Part shown: positions 53,201 to 64,000 of the stretch, piece by piece
Layout of the letters: every line of letters starts with the position of its first letter
Numbering within the stretch: the stretch's first letter is position 1
DNA from: Paragordius varius
Lineage: Eukaryota; Animalia; Nematomorpha
Length of the DNA: 64,000 nt
Reading direction: 5' to 3'
Assembly (NCBI GenBank): GCA_964247055.1
Contig: OZ176054.1
Coordinates: forward strand, 13,020,001-13,084,000
Translations under genes and position numbers: made by a program
The notes under the pieces: model-generated
Told to the model about the DNA's origin: nothing
Seen by the model: only the letters and a program-made list of their open reading frames with translations
The model's database searches: none

Positions 53201-55461
53201 CTTAATATAGCTCGAGCAAATTTCGGTGTTGAGCATGTGACTGATATGGTGGGTAAGGTAACACATAATACTACAATATGGATATCTTTAAATATGTTTC
53301 AAGTGGGTATTGGAACCGGAATTGTTTTGGTGGTGTTAAAGAAAGAAATATTTTACAAACGGTTGTAAAATAAAAAGTTTTTATTTTTATCATTAAATTT
53401 TTTAAACTTAATATTAATATTTTTTAATTTCATTCAAATACCAATAGTATATTGTTGTAAATATTATAGAGAAGCAAATATTTTGGCTTAAATTATATTT
53501 TTACGGCTATTTATTCAGAATCCTATCAAAAAGTTGACGACATTGGCGGTTTGACCATATTTTTAAAAATCAAAACTATTTGAAACCATGGCAAAAATAT
53601 GTTTAGTCGAAGGTACAAAAAATTTAATTAAAACTAACGCCAAAAATGGTTTGAGGTTCCGATCCCTTTAAATTTTCTAATGTATTGCATAAAAATGAAA
53701 TAGCTTTTTATGAAAAAAAAATCTTTAGGTATTTGTCTCAAGCGGATTGGGTGGAATGAGTGGTGCACAAGCTAAGGCCTGCAAAATCTTGTCATGTTTC
53801 GGACTTATTGCTGAAGTAAATTTTATTCCCCATTAAAAATATGTAGTATGATAAGTTAACTTAACAAAATTTTAGTCATTTTGCAAGTAACTTTTGGTAA
53901 AATTTATTTTATTAACAATATTCATTAGATAAATAGTGTGACAGCGCAAAAAAGATTGAATCAAGGATGGTTAGATGAAGTTAGCGATAACTTGGATTAC
54001 TGTATTAACCGAATACGACAATATAAACGGGATCTTATTAGCAAATCTATAGCATATTGTGGAAACATTGTGGATCTCTGGTAAAAATGGGATAAATTTA
54101 AACTTTTATGTACAGTACTTACATGTTTACTAACTCATTTGTTTAGTTGAAAAATAATTTTTAGGGCAAAATTGGCAGAAATATATGAGGAAACCGGTGA
54201 GAAATTAGTCGATTTTGGTTCTGACCAAACCTCACTTCATAATCCCTACAATGGTGGATACTATCCGGTCGGTTATAGCTGGTTCGAGGCGAATCAGCTA
54301 TTAGCGACAAATCCAGACCACTTTCAGCGGGAAGTTTGTCAAAGTTTGATACAGCAAGTCACGCATATCAATAGGTTTTTTCCTAATCATTATCTAATTT
54401 AAAAATTTTATTAGACCAAGTTTATTTCTCCTATTAGATTGACAGAAATGGCTGGGTTAGTATTTTTTGATTATGGCAATGCTTTTTTGCTTGAAGCTGC
54501 AAAAGCTGGAGCACCAATTTACAAAAATAGTGATATAGCATGCAATAATTTGGGAGAAATAAATCAAATTAGCGATTCAGTTGAACGGGTTTACAGATAT
54601 CCATCGTACGTGGAAAATGTAATGGGTGAAATTTTTGCATTTGGGTTTGGGCCTTTTCGTTGGGTATGTATGAGTCAGGATCCGAAAGATCTGGCTTATA
54701 CCGATAAACTTGCGCTTTCCATCCTTAGAGAGATTGTGAAAGAACTAAATTCTAAAATATTTGACTGCCAACAAAAACAAGATCAGAGTCTCAGCAAAGT
54801 TGAACTTTATACCCGAATAAAATCTTACTATGTCGATAATTGCTTTTGGATGGAACACATTATTTTTCAACCCGGTGGGGGATACCTCACTGTAGGATCT
54901 CTGGCCCGGATCCTTTATTCAGACGTTCAAGGGCGAATACGATTGGCTTGTGCCTTTAATAAGGCCATTGCAGATGGGCACATAACGCAACCGATTGTGT
55001 GTAGTCGAGACCATCATGATGTTTCGGGGGCTGATAGCCCTTGGCGGGAAACAGCTAACGTTCGAGACGGTTCCAACATGTGCATAGACATGTCCATTCA
55101 AAATGTCTTGGGAAACGCGGCCAGAGGAGCAACTTGGGTAGCCCTTCACAATGGCGGTGGGGTTGGTTGGAACCGTGCAAGCAATAATGGATTAGGTCTT
55201 GTGCTAGATGGACAACCGAAGACCGAACAACGCATAAAGAATGTTATGATGTGGGATGTATTGAATGGTATGGTACGGAGATGTTGGTCTAATGCTTATA
55301 ATTATAGCAACAATGAAATTGATCCTCTCTCCGAAAAACGTGGCTCATCATTGCCCTTAAATGAGGGAACGACGTATTACAATGATCTTATAAAGAGTTA
55401 TTTGCAAGAACTTCAAACGGAAATCAAGGGCTTAAAAGTAACTTTACCCTTTGATGAATAA
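50250..55461 (+). CDS. UROC1: Urocanate hydratase (urocanase), copy 4; intact, 763 aa
   Basis: Exons 50250-50387, 51480-51610, 52011-52164, 52783-52912, 52992-53257, 53729-53815, 53929-54080, 54165-54374 and 54438-55461 total 2292 nt and are phase-consistent. Motifs include NNLDPDVAQFPEELVTYG, GQMTAGSFCYIGPQGIVHGT, SGLGGMSGAQ, GSDQTSLHNP, RDHHDVSG and GATWVALHNGGGVGW. Confidence 0.93.
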
Positions 55462-55631
55462 ATTAGAGGAAACTTTATTCAAGATAATGTCTATTTATTT
55501 ATTACAATATATATTATAAAATTAATTGCCATATTATTATAAATACTTTGATGTCATCTATGTGTGTTTAAATAATTGACTATAGTTTTTATATTTTTTT
55601 CAAAACAATCACAGATACTTCCTTAATAAGA

Positions 55632-57881
55632 TTATGTTTTATTGTCGAAGTGACAATTGTCATATTTGGAATTTTGGCGTGCAACATATTTTTCGAATTG
55701 GAGTTTCCAATCAACTATATATTTTGTTTTCCAGTCATTGAAGTGTGCTTTCCATTGGATTTCTAGATCACTAAGATCTTCTATTAGCAAAAATATATAA
55801 GATAAAAGACAATATGTGTAAAAATATCAAACGAAACGGTTAATCGAATCTGGTTTTATAAAAATATCGACTTACGTGTAGCTAAAGCAAGATCGGGCAT
55901 AAATTCATTCCAAAATGCGCACTCTTTAATACGCGGACCTCGACCAACGTCAAATGCATCGATTGCAATATTCAAATATTCCCTATTATGGGCAGTGTGG
56001 ATGGGCCATTGTATATCGGACCAGGTTCCATCATCATTTATGTTTGGATTTCTATTTTTTTGCAGAAAAACGAAGGATAAATGAAAACTTTTGGTTAATG
56101 ATCATATAGTCTATATCAAATATTAATTTACCCAGTTTTAGCAAAATTGGTCCAGAATCGCATCATGAGCCAGCTTAGTTCAATTTCTTTGGGTTTATAT
56201 CTCTTTGAAGGATCTAACGGTTCCCCAAATATATAATTGATTTCATCGGCATGCATGACGCCCATCCAAGATGGCCAGGGGTGAGTCGATGATCGGTGAG
56301 TATAATAGTATTTGAACACATTTGAGCCAGATTGGGCGTAGATGAAGGCCCCCATATTAACCCCACAGGTAAAGTAATAATCACCGACACTTTTGTCGAA
56401 CGCATCTAACATTTTCTTGGGGTCCGAGGGATCCTCCCAATGCGTATACTCATAGAGTATGGCTTTTCGACCGATTTGATTGAATTGCGGAAATAATTCG
56501 GGTAAGGCTTTAGCAAAAGCGTGTCGATCAACGGTAACCGCCTTTTCTAACGGGATAAAAAGATTCGTTAGCTGATAAATGTTAAAATATGTTCCCTCGT
56601 CAAAATTTGTGCCCATTAGCAGTGAGGTTTTCTTAAATTTGCGTTTAGCCATTAGTCCTATGGGGTTTTCCTCAAACCACAAACCGTCTACAACAGGTAC
56701 AAACGGAAACTTCATATATTCAGTCGTTACCCAATCATGTGTGACGATATCAGATGGGTCGGCAGTCCTCAAACAATCTAACGCTGCATGAATTGAGTCG
56801 CGTTTGTGAGGACAGTCAAGACCTTCAGCTAAGCGCAAACCCCTTTTAATAGCTTCTCCGGGCTCTACAGTTGCCCAATAGTTTATGGCACTCCCGCTTT
56901 GCATTATGGCCCGATTAAAGTAATTCCAACTCCCAGGTGATAACATGTGCATATCTACGCTCGAAGCTCCTGCACTTTCTCCAATCAGCGTAATGCGGTT
57001 CCGATCACCTCCAAACTCCGCAATATTGTCATAGACCCATTGTAAGGCAAGACGTTGATCGAAAAGACCAGCGTTTCCTGGGGCGTCGGGCGTTCCCATA
57101 TACAGGAATCCTAATGAACCTAATCTAATATATTTATATATGTATGGTGAAATCTGATTTATATATTTTTAAGCCTCTTTTATCAAAAAGCGAATGATTC
57201 AAAAAGATTTTAGAGTCAAAAATGTTTTAATATAACCTACCTGTAATTCATGGACACGACAATGACTTCATTTGCACCCGCTAAATATTTTCCATCATAC
57301 ACATTGAGCGATGCTGTTCCACTATAAAATCCACCTCCATATACCCAAACCATTACCGCAAGGGACTGATGATTCTGTTTCGATTCATTATTACTATTTT
57401 TGTCCCGTTTTCCAGGTATGCTATTGACCTCATTGCTTTGAGCATGATCAGTATTTTTAAGACCCATCAGAGGGACCCAAATGTTGAGATATAAACAATC
57501 TTCACTCATGGGCGTATTTGGATTCCACATTTGGGAACCGCTAAAATTCCCAAACAACGTATCTATGATCTGATAACATGAGTTTGAAAACGTCGAAGCA
57601 TTCAATGTGTGATGGGGCCAGGGATCCGCCGGTTGAGGGTGTTTAAACCGGAGTCTACCGATTGGAGGTTTAGCGTAAGGAATACCCAAGTAAGTTATAA
57701 CCGGTTGTCCAGGCGTTTCTTGTCGAAAGCCCTGTACTAGGCCCTTATTCGTTTTTATCGTGTAATGCGGATCAGAATGATCTATAGCAAAAGCGAATGT
57801 CGCGAATCTCACCACTATGAACGGTTGTAATAGCGAAGAAAATACCAAATAACTCAAGCAGATATCAATTATTGGATTCAT
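55632..57881 (-). CDS. ACHE: Acetylcholinesterase, complete, T-type (WAT tail), 652 aa
   Basis: Exons 57881-57241, 57124-56132, 56051-55876 and 55780-55632 total 1959 nt. It has a hydrophobic N-terminus, choline-site W (QMWNPN), SEDCLYLN, YGGGF, the triad GESAG / NFDEG / GVMHADEI, and a C-terminal aromatic helix (LEIQWKAHFNDWKTKYIVDWKLQFEKY...C). Confidence 0.96.
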
Positions 57882-60439
57882 TTGAAAAACATATTTTAGG
57901 GGGGTACTGATGTAGATATGGTTTTTTGCTCTTTTATTCGAACGTGTTGGCCTGTTAAGTTGGGAATTTCAAATCAATCAACAGCACTTCATAATTTAAG
58001 AATATCCATATTATAATAGTCAATAAAGATGAGAATGGAATGACACGCAAAATTGTAATATTTTTCCTTCATTTTTTATGGTAGAACAAGGAAATATCCC
58101 AGGAATCGGATAAATTAATGTAAATTTAACGAATGTGAATACACATTTTCTCAAAAGATAATTAAGTAAAGTGACACATAAAGAGTGCGTGTGATTGGTA
58201 AAAATAATTAGTTTTTTTTGAGACAAGCCAATCTATTTAAACATTAATTATATTTTCACTGCATGGATTATGTTGAAATTAGGCGAATTCACTATGCAGG
58301 AAAATTTTCAAATATCTATTATCATCATTTATAATTTACGCATTAACGTTTTTTTCTTTAAATTTTAATATAAAAAATATAGTCGATATTAAAATTGATA
58401 AAAAAAGAATAATTTGAACGTGTTAGGATGAAAGCGAAAAAGATTAAAATACAATATAGAAAACCATTAAAATGTAATATCTTACGTAAGAATAAACCTT
58501 GCTTATTTTTCCTACAATCAAATCAATTTTTTATTTTGGTTTTAATTTTCTTTGAACTTCCTTACAGAATTAAAATTAAATTATAAAAACCACAAAAATT
58601 TTATTTGCTACAGAATTTTTAATACCATATCATTTTTTTTATAATGTATGTTGTTTTGATATATATATATATTGACAGGTTGTATTAAAATAATTGATTA
58701 AATTAAAAAACATCTTTTAGTGTCTTCATCATAAAAAAAGGGTTAGTAATTAAATTAACACCTTTGCAATATAACATACATACATTGTATGGTTTTTAAT
58801 TAAGAGATATTACATAATTTTTAATAAACAATGTTTCAAACACAATACTTTTCAAGTAGTCTCTTAAGATTATTTTATAAAATGGAAATAATGTAATTTA
58901 ATTACATACACAAGTCAATTTGATATAAGAAGGCAGAATATATAATTTCCAAGTGTTTCTGCCTATTTAATGGGGCTTTGGGGACTTCTTAAGCGAAAAT
59001 GTCACCAAAAAACGCGACACACGACGTTTGGACGTCTTCTACGATATAGTAAACAATACATAATTATATATGGAAATGATATTTACTAAAGAAATTTTTA
59101 TTAAAACAAAAGTTAGTTAGTATCTATTGTCAGGTCAAAAATCAAATTAAATTTTAGGATTTAGTAGTGTTGAAACCCGAAAAATAAAGTACAATATTTT
59201 TTGATATCAAACAGCGTATATTTTATTTTATCCTCATTTCTATGTCATTTCCAAGAATAAATTCCTATAAATTTGTTGATTGAAAATGTTAAATTAAAAG
59301 AATATTGTTTAAAATTTTTAATACGCGCAAGTTTAAAATAATTACCATTTATAAATATTGAAATTTTTACTATTTATAAAAATCAAAAAATATATTTAAG
59401 TTTTATGATATTATTCGTTTATTCAAAAAATTCCAATTTATATTTATATTAAAATTTCAATAAATCTATGATGCTGGTATCTCTGATCTTATCTGAATAT
59501 TATTGCTGCTTCGTATAAGTAGTATCCATTTCAAGGACATTTTCTCTGAAAAACAAAGCGTATTTTATATAGGCCAAATTTTCTTATAATATGAAAAGTA
59601 TACATTTAGAATACTAATTTTCTTTTTACAAATTAACTCTAAAATATTCAAAGAAGTCAAACTAAGCCAAGTTTTTTCTTAATTATATCAAAGAAAATCT
59701 AAATAGATATGTTTCGATAAATATAAGGTTTCAAAAAAATTTTGGCTATAACTCCACAAGTCAAAAAAAACGTAAATAGAAAAAACTAAAATAAAGTTGT
59801 GAAATAGAAATTTTATAGCGGGACTATACTTTTTGATATATTTTATGAATTACCTAGTATTGCGCTGTCTACATGAGCTCATAGAATAAATTACGCGATC
59901 CCTTTACCCGTTTAAATAGAAAAAGTTTTGTGAAAAATCTCTATTTTTTATCAAATCGATATCGCCAAAACAGTGCTGGAATAGTTTATTTTTAGGTAGA
60001 TTTTATACATAAAAAAACTTAAATTTAACGATGAGTTTCATTGAATCATATTTAAAAAGTGTGTTTCTGTTCGTATTTAGAATATCTTCCAGGTTAAAAG
60101 GCAAAAAATATGATTTGATAGCCTTAAGCCTAAAATTTCTTTAGCCTAAAACTATATGGATAATTAACAATGCAAACCACAAGTTTAAAAAATTGCTACC
60201 GTTTTTTTTCTAAGAAACAATTAACCACCATTTTAAATGCCAAAAACTAAAAACAATTCCATAGTTTTTAGTAGATCATATCAACGGTTATAAATAGCCT
60301 TCAATAGTTTACCCACAGCCTCATAATTAAAAACAACCGACACTCCTGTGACAATAAGTATTATGGCAAACCATCTTTTGAAAACTAATAGACACATTTA
60401 AGAAAAAAATAAAAAACCAAAGCTTCTAGTTAGGAGTTA

Positions 60440-60741
60440 CAGTAAAAACTGAAATTATACGGACAAAACGTAAAGATAAAAAGACAAATATTTTTCTAAT
60501 AGACAATCAACTTTTTTCATCTTGATTTATTTTAATATAACTTATTGTTCTAAAAAGGGTGAAATAGATATATATATATATATATATATATATTACTAAT
60601 ACAATCAATTGTATATTTTACAATTGTAACTAAGTAACTTATATGACAACCATTAAGGTTTTAAAAAGTATAGTTACCTTGTAGAAAAAAATATTTGTCT
60701 TTATATTTTTACGTTTTGTCCGTATAATTTCATTTTTACTG
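60440..60741. mobile_element. Family-A MITE, complete 302 bp copy
   Basis: ta-CAGTAAAAACTGAAATTATACGGACAAAACGTAAA ... TTTTACGTTTTGTCCGTATAATTTCATTTTTACTG-ta. TA duplication and CAGT ends suggest Tc1/mariner mobilisation. Confidence 0.9.
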
Positions 60742-60995
60742 TATTAATATCATAAAAAGCACTATACAATAAAGAAATTTCTTAAAAAAGAAGAATAAAA
60801 ATTATTGCTATATTATTGCCGATCAAAAACCAACACATAATGCAAATTTATTAAATCATCATAAATTTATTGAATATATATTATAAATTCTGTATATTTT
60901 TCTTCCAAGGGCGTTTTAAATATAAAAAAACTCACACAGTATTGCCAACTTTAAATACCATTTTTAAAAAAATATAAAATTTTAAGTGAATTAAA

Positions 60996-63338
60996 TCATT
61001 TTCCTCCTAATTTTAGCAGGAGCGATTTGGAGCTTTTAGAAAGACGGATTTGCTTTGCATGCGATAGATTTGTCAAAGTTTTGTTCATTTCTTTAGCCTG
61101 ATGACTTTTGAGAGTTCCATTGTTTTTTAACACAAGTGATTTTGAACGGCATGATTTTTTATCTATAATAGTGTGTTGAAAAGGTTGGAAATTTATTGAA
61201 AAGCACAGAGAAATAATTTGTTGAAAATTAAAAATGTAACTTTTTTCCAAAAAGAAAAGGCAATTATGTATAAGTGTTTCAATATAGGATAAAAATTTTG
61301 AAAAAGACTGTCAACTTATATATATATATATATCGTTTACATTTCATTCACCCTAAAACAATTCAAATTCACCCTCGAACAATTCAAGTTCACCCTTAAA
61401 CAATTCAAATTCACCCTCAAACAATTCAAGTTCACCCTTAAACAATTCAAATTCACCCCTAAACTATTCAAATCAACCTTAAAAATAAATTATGTGTTTT
61501 CGAGCAGCTAATATAACTCATCATTAATATAAAATATATGTTTATGACATATTACTATTTTTTCAGTATAATAAAACATATTAGTAAATTTTAATCTTAA
61601 AAAGCACTTAATTTATTTTTCAAGGGTGTTTTGGAATCGTTTAAGAATGAATTTGGACTGTAAATGGTATATCAAACCATATTAAAATTGTTATGTTTTA
61701 TATAACCATAATATATGTTAACTCAATATTTCATAACATAATTAAAATGAAATACTACCAATAGAAATTTAAAGAGAATTTTTAACACAATTACAATTAG
61801 TAACTTTCAATTTTTACTGTAAAACTCATTTTATTTAAAAGAAAAACCTAATCAATATTTTTCAAACACACTTGTGATTATCTACAAAAAATTCTAAAAT
61901 CCTAGCAAATTTTTTTTTAAAAAAAACGAAAATTATAATGAAAAAAAAAGCTTAAAAAGTTTACAAAGATTTCTTTGATCCAAGATAAGTTTAGCCATAT
62001 AATCATCTTTTTGTGAACGTTCCAACAGGGGAATATTGAGGGCATACTTGGATTTTAGGTTTTTTTCCTCATTTTCTTTGGCTTTTTCAATCTTTTTTTC
62101 AGTCTAAACAGGCAAACAAATTAAAATAAAATCCCACAAATATAATAAGATTTAAAAACAGTTTTGATATTATATAATTTTTTTGAATTATTAAATAAAT
62201 TCACGGAGGACAAAATTATTTTTATTACCTATTTAGGAACTGTTAATTTACATTTCTATTCCTATATTTTGGCAACTCAAAACGATAAGTTATATGGAAA
62301 AAATTCAATGTTTTTCTCAATAAAAAAACACAACACAAATCTGTGTTACTATTTATGTTTTATACTCAATATCATAATATTTGCTTGATTTTACAAGTCC
62401 AAAAAATTATTTAAAATTTTTTTTTTGAATTCAACTAATACAAAAAATATTAATCTATTCTAAAATTTATATTAATTATTTTTTTTACCAAAAAACAACC
62501 ATTTTTATGAAGGTAAATAAATACTAGAAAATTTAAATAGGACAGTAAAAATTATTATTATACGGACAAATCTTAAAATTTAAAGAAAAAATTTTCTAAA
62601 AGACAACCCCATACTTTTAAAATCTTGATTTTTCTAACATAATCATTGTTAAAAATTGAAAAGTTGGAATAGAGATGCATATTAGTACAATTATTCATAT
62701 ATTTTACAATTTTAATAATTAAGTTTATTTAGTAAAAATTAAAGGTTTAAAAAGTATGGTTGATTGCCTTTTTGTAAAAAAATATTTATCTTGAAATTTT
62801 GACTACATTTTGTCCGTATATAAATTTATACTGTATATACCACTTACACTTCAAATTACCCTTGAACAATTCAAATTCACCCTAAATCAAATTGAGTATT
62901 GTTTAAGATTAATTATTATCTATATTTTTATATGTTTAAAATTAAAATCATACAACTGAAAAAATAATAAACTAACCCTATTAAGATTTATTTCATATTA
63001 ATATTGAGTTATATTAGCTACCCGAAAACACAAAATACATTTTTAGGGTAAATTTTTGTAAAAAAAACTAAAAAAACTCTAAGAATATTAACCCAGAAAC
63101 ACATAAAATACATTTGTAGGGTAAATTTTTGTAAAAAAACCTTAAAAAACTTTAAAAAAAACCCTAAGAATATTTCTTAAGCGTTGATTTTGGGTAAAAT
63201 CATCAGACCAAAATTCATCTTGAATATCTTTCAGATGGTCCATGGTGGGGATTAAGGCTAATTTCTTGCTTTGATCAACTATGCCCCTTTCAAGGGCATA
63301 CATGCTATCCAGTTCAAGTTTGTAATGATCTTTTTTAT
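60996..63338 (-). CDS. YJU2B: 3' exons of a CCDC130/YJU2B-like splicing factor (5' part beyond the window); one apparent +1 frameshift
   Basis: Exons 63338-63163, 62103-61965 and 61162-60996 splice in phase to KKDHYKLELDSMYALEKG/IVDQSKKLALIPTMDHLKDIQDEFWSDDFTQNQRLRNILR-TEKKIEKAKENEEKNLKSKYALNIPLLERSQKDDY. From memory this matches CCDC130 (KLETDAMFRLEHG...WKDDFALNSMLRRRFR...ASLTIPLV). One extra G in gaaaaggggcata (~63284) breaks the frame. Confidence 0.72.
61346..61480. repeat. 21-bp minisatellite (~6 copies)
   Basis: Unit ttcaccctNaaacaattcaaR. A shorter related tract lies at ~62848-62890. Confidence 0.9.
62543..62833. mobile_element. Family-A MITE (degenerate)
   Basis: cagtaaaaattattattatacggacaaa ... 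ttttgtccgtatataaatttatactg-ta. Confidence 0.75.
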
Positions 63339-63789
63339 CTGAGGAAAATTTTAAAAATTAGAAATTTAGTTAAATAAAAAAATTATTTTTTTAGTTTAAT
63401 TACTGTAAATTGTCAGAATTTTAGCTTGTTTTAATTTAGAAAATTAATTATAAAAATAAAGTTAAAAATTCTTTCTTTGGTTTAAATTGTTAAAATTTAA
63501 GTTTTTTTAAGTTAAAGGAGATTTTTTTTATAACAAAAATTTAACTTTAAAAATCCTTGGTTTAATTATTGTGAATGTCAGAATTTTAGTTTATTTAAAG
63601 TTAAAAAATAATATTTTTAAATAAAGTTAAAAATTCTTTCTTGGTGAAATTATAGTAAATTGTCAGAGTTTTTAGTTTATTTAAGTAAATTCTAATCGCA
63701 ATATGTCCCTACTTTTCAATTTTAAATGGTCAAAAAAAGATTCAAAAATAAGTAAAAATCTTTAAAAACTAGTAAAAAATTGGAAATTT

Positions 63790-63843
63790 CGAGGGCATAC
63801 ATGCTATCCAGTTTAAGTTTGTAATGATCTTTTTATCTGAGGG
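63790..63843 (-). repeat. Duplicated acceptor plus first ~50 nt of the YJU2B exon
   Basis: gagggcatacatgctatccagtttaagtttgtaatgatctttttatctgagg repeats 63293-63344, ~500 bp away. Confidence 0.85.
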
Positions 63844-64000
63844 GAGAGAGATTTTAAAAAATTTGATTTTATCATTTAAAAATAAAGTTAAAAATTCTTT
63901 ATTGACTAAATTACTGTGAATTGTCAGGGTTTTTAGTTTATTTTAAAGTTAAATGAGGTTTTTCCATAAAAAATTAACTTTAAAAATCCTTAATTATTGT

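Larger units (their letters stand above)
900..56608. repeat. Four-unit tandem segmental duplication (CK1 gamma - urocanase - AChE 3' half)
   Basis: The same gene order, exons and intron remnants recur four times. Identical novel junctions occur at ~16489, ~30026 and ~43576, and homology to the full AChE ends at ~56608, giving periods of ~13.5, ~13.6 and ~13.0 kb. The left boundary is not visible. Confidence 0.97.

Noticed and set aside
9065-55461. Horizontally acquired bacterial hutU
   Set aside because: It has eight GT-AG introns and the N-terminal extension typical of animal UROC1.
900-56608. Array as an assembly artefact of uncollapsed haplotypes
   Set aside because: Units share a novel junction absent from the full AChE, have strongly diverged introns, and carry private insertions with empty sites in sister units. 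Read evidence is still needed for certainty.
15517-57881. AChE gene amplification as a pesticide-resistance mechanism
   Set aside because: Three of four copies lack the signal peptide and catalytic serine, so enzyme dosage is not raised. The full copy keeps GGGF, GESAG and EGTYF without the classic G119S, A201S or F331 changes.
58931-58958. aggcagaa...ttctgcct hairpin upstream of AChE
   Set aside because: It is a single 8-bp stem with no second copy or recognisable RNA motif, which can occur by chance.
61346-61480. CRISPR-like array
   Set aside because: These are contiguous 21-bp repeats without unique spacers, in a eukaryotic intron, with no cas genes.

Overview
AT-rich animal (invertebrate) genomic DNA with spliceosomal introns. 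Bases ~900-56608 are a four-unit tandem array with a 13.0-13.6 kb period. Each unit holds a casein kinase I gamma gene (-), a head-to-head urocanate hydratase gene (+) and a tail-to-tail acetylcholinesterase (-). Units 1-3 carry only the 3' half of AChE, all cut at the same base inside exon 2; unit 4 runs into the complete 652-aa AChE gene. The copies have decayed unevenly: CK1 gamma is intact in units 2 and 3, urocanase only in unit 4. The window starts in a frameshifted RTE-like LINE and ends in the 3' exons of a CCDC130/YJU2B-like gene. Introns carry several MITE families, a nested foldback element and a Tc1-like insertion. Two signals stand out: (i) a ~530 bp inverted-repeat element with a minimal hammerhead ribozyme in each arm, and (ii) orphan AChE exons 3-4 that differ only synonymously in two units and are phase-compatible with the upstream CK1 gamma exon 5 donor, suggesting a possible kinase-WAT chimera. 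All alignments and exon calls were done by eye, and single-base frameshifts could be assembly errors.
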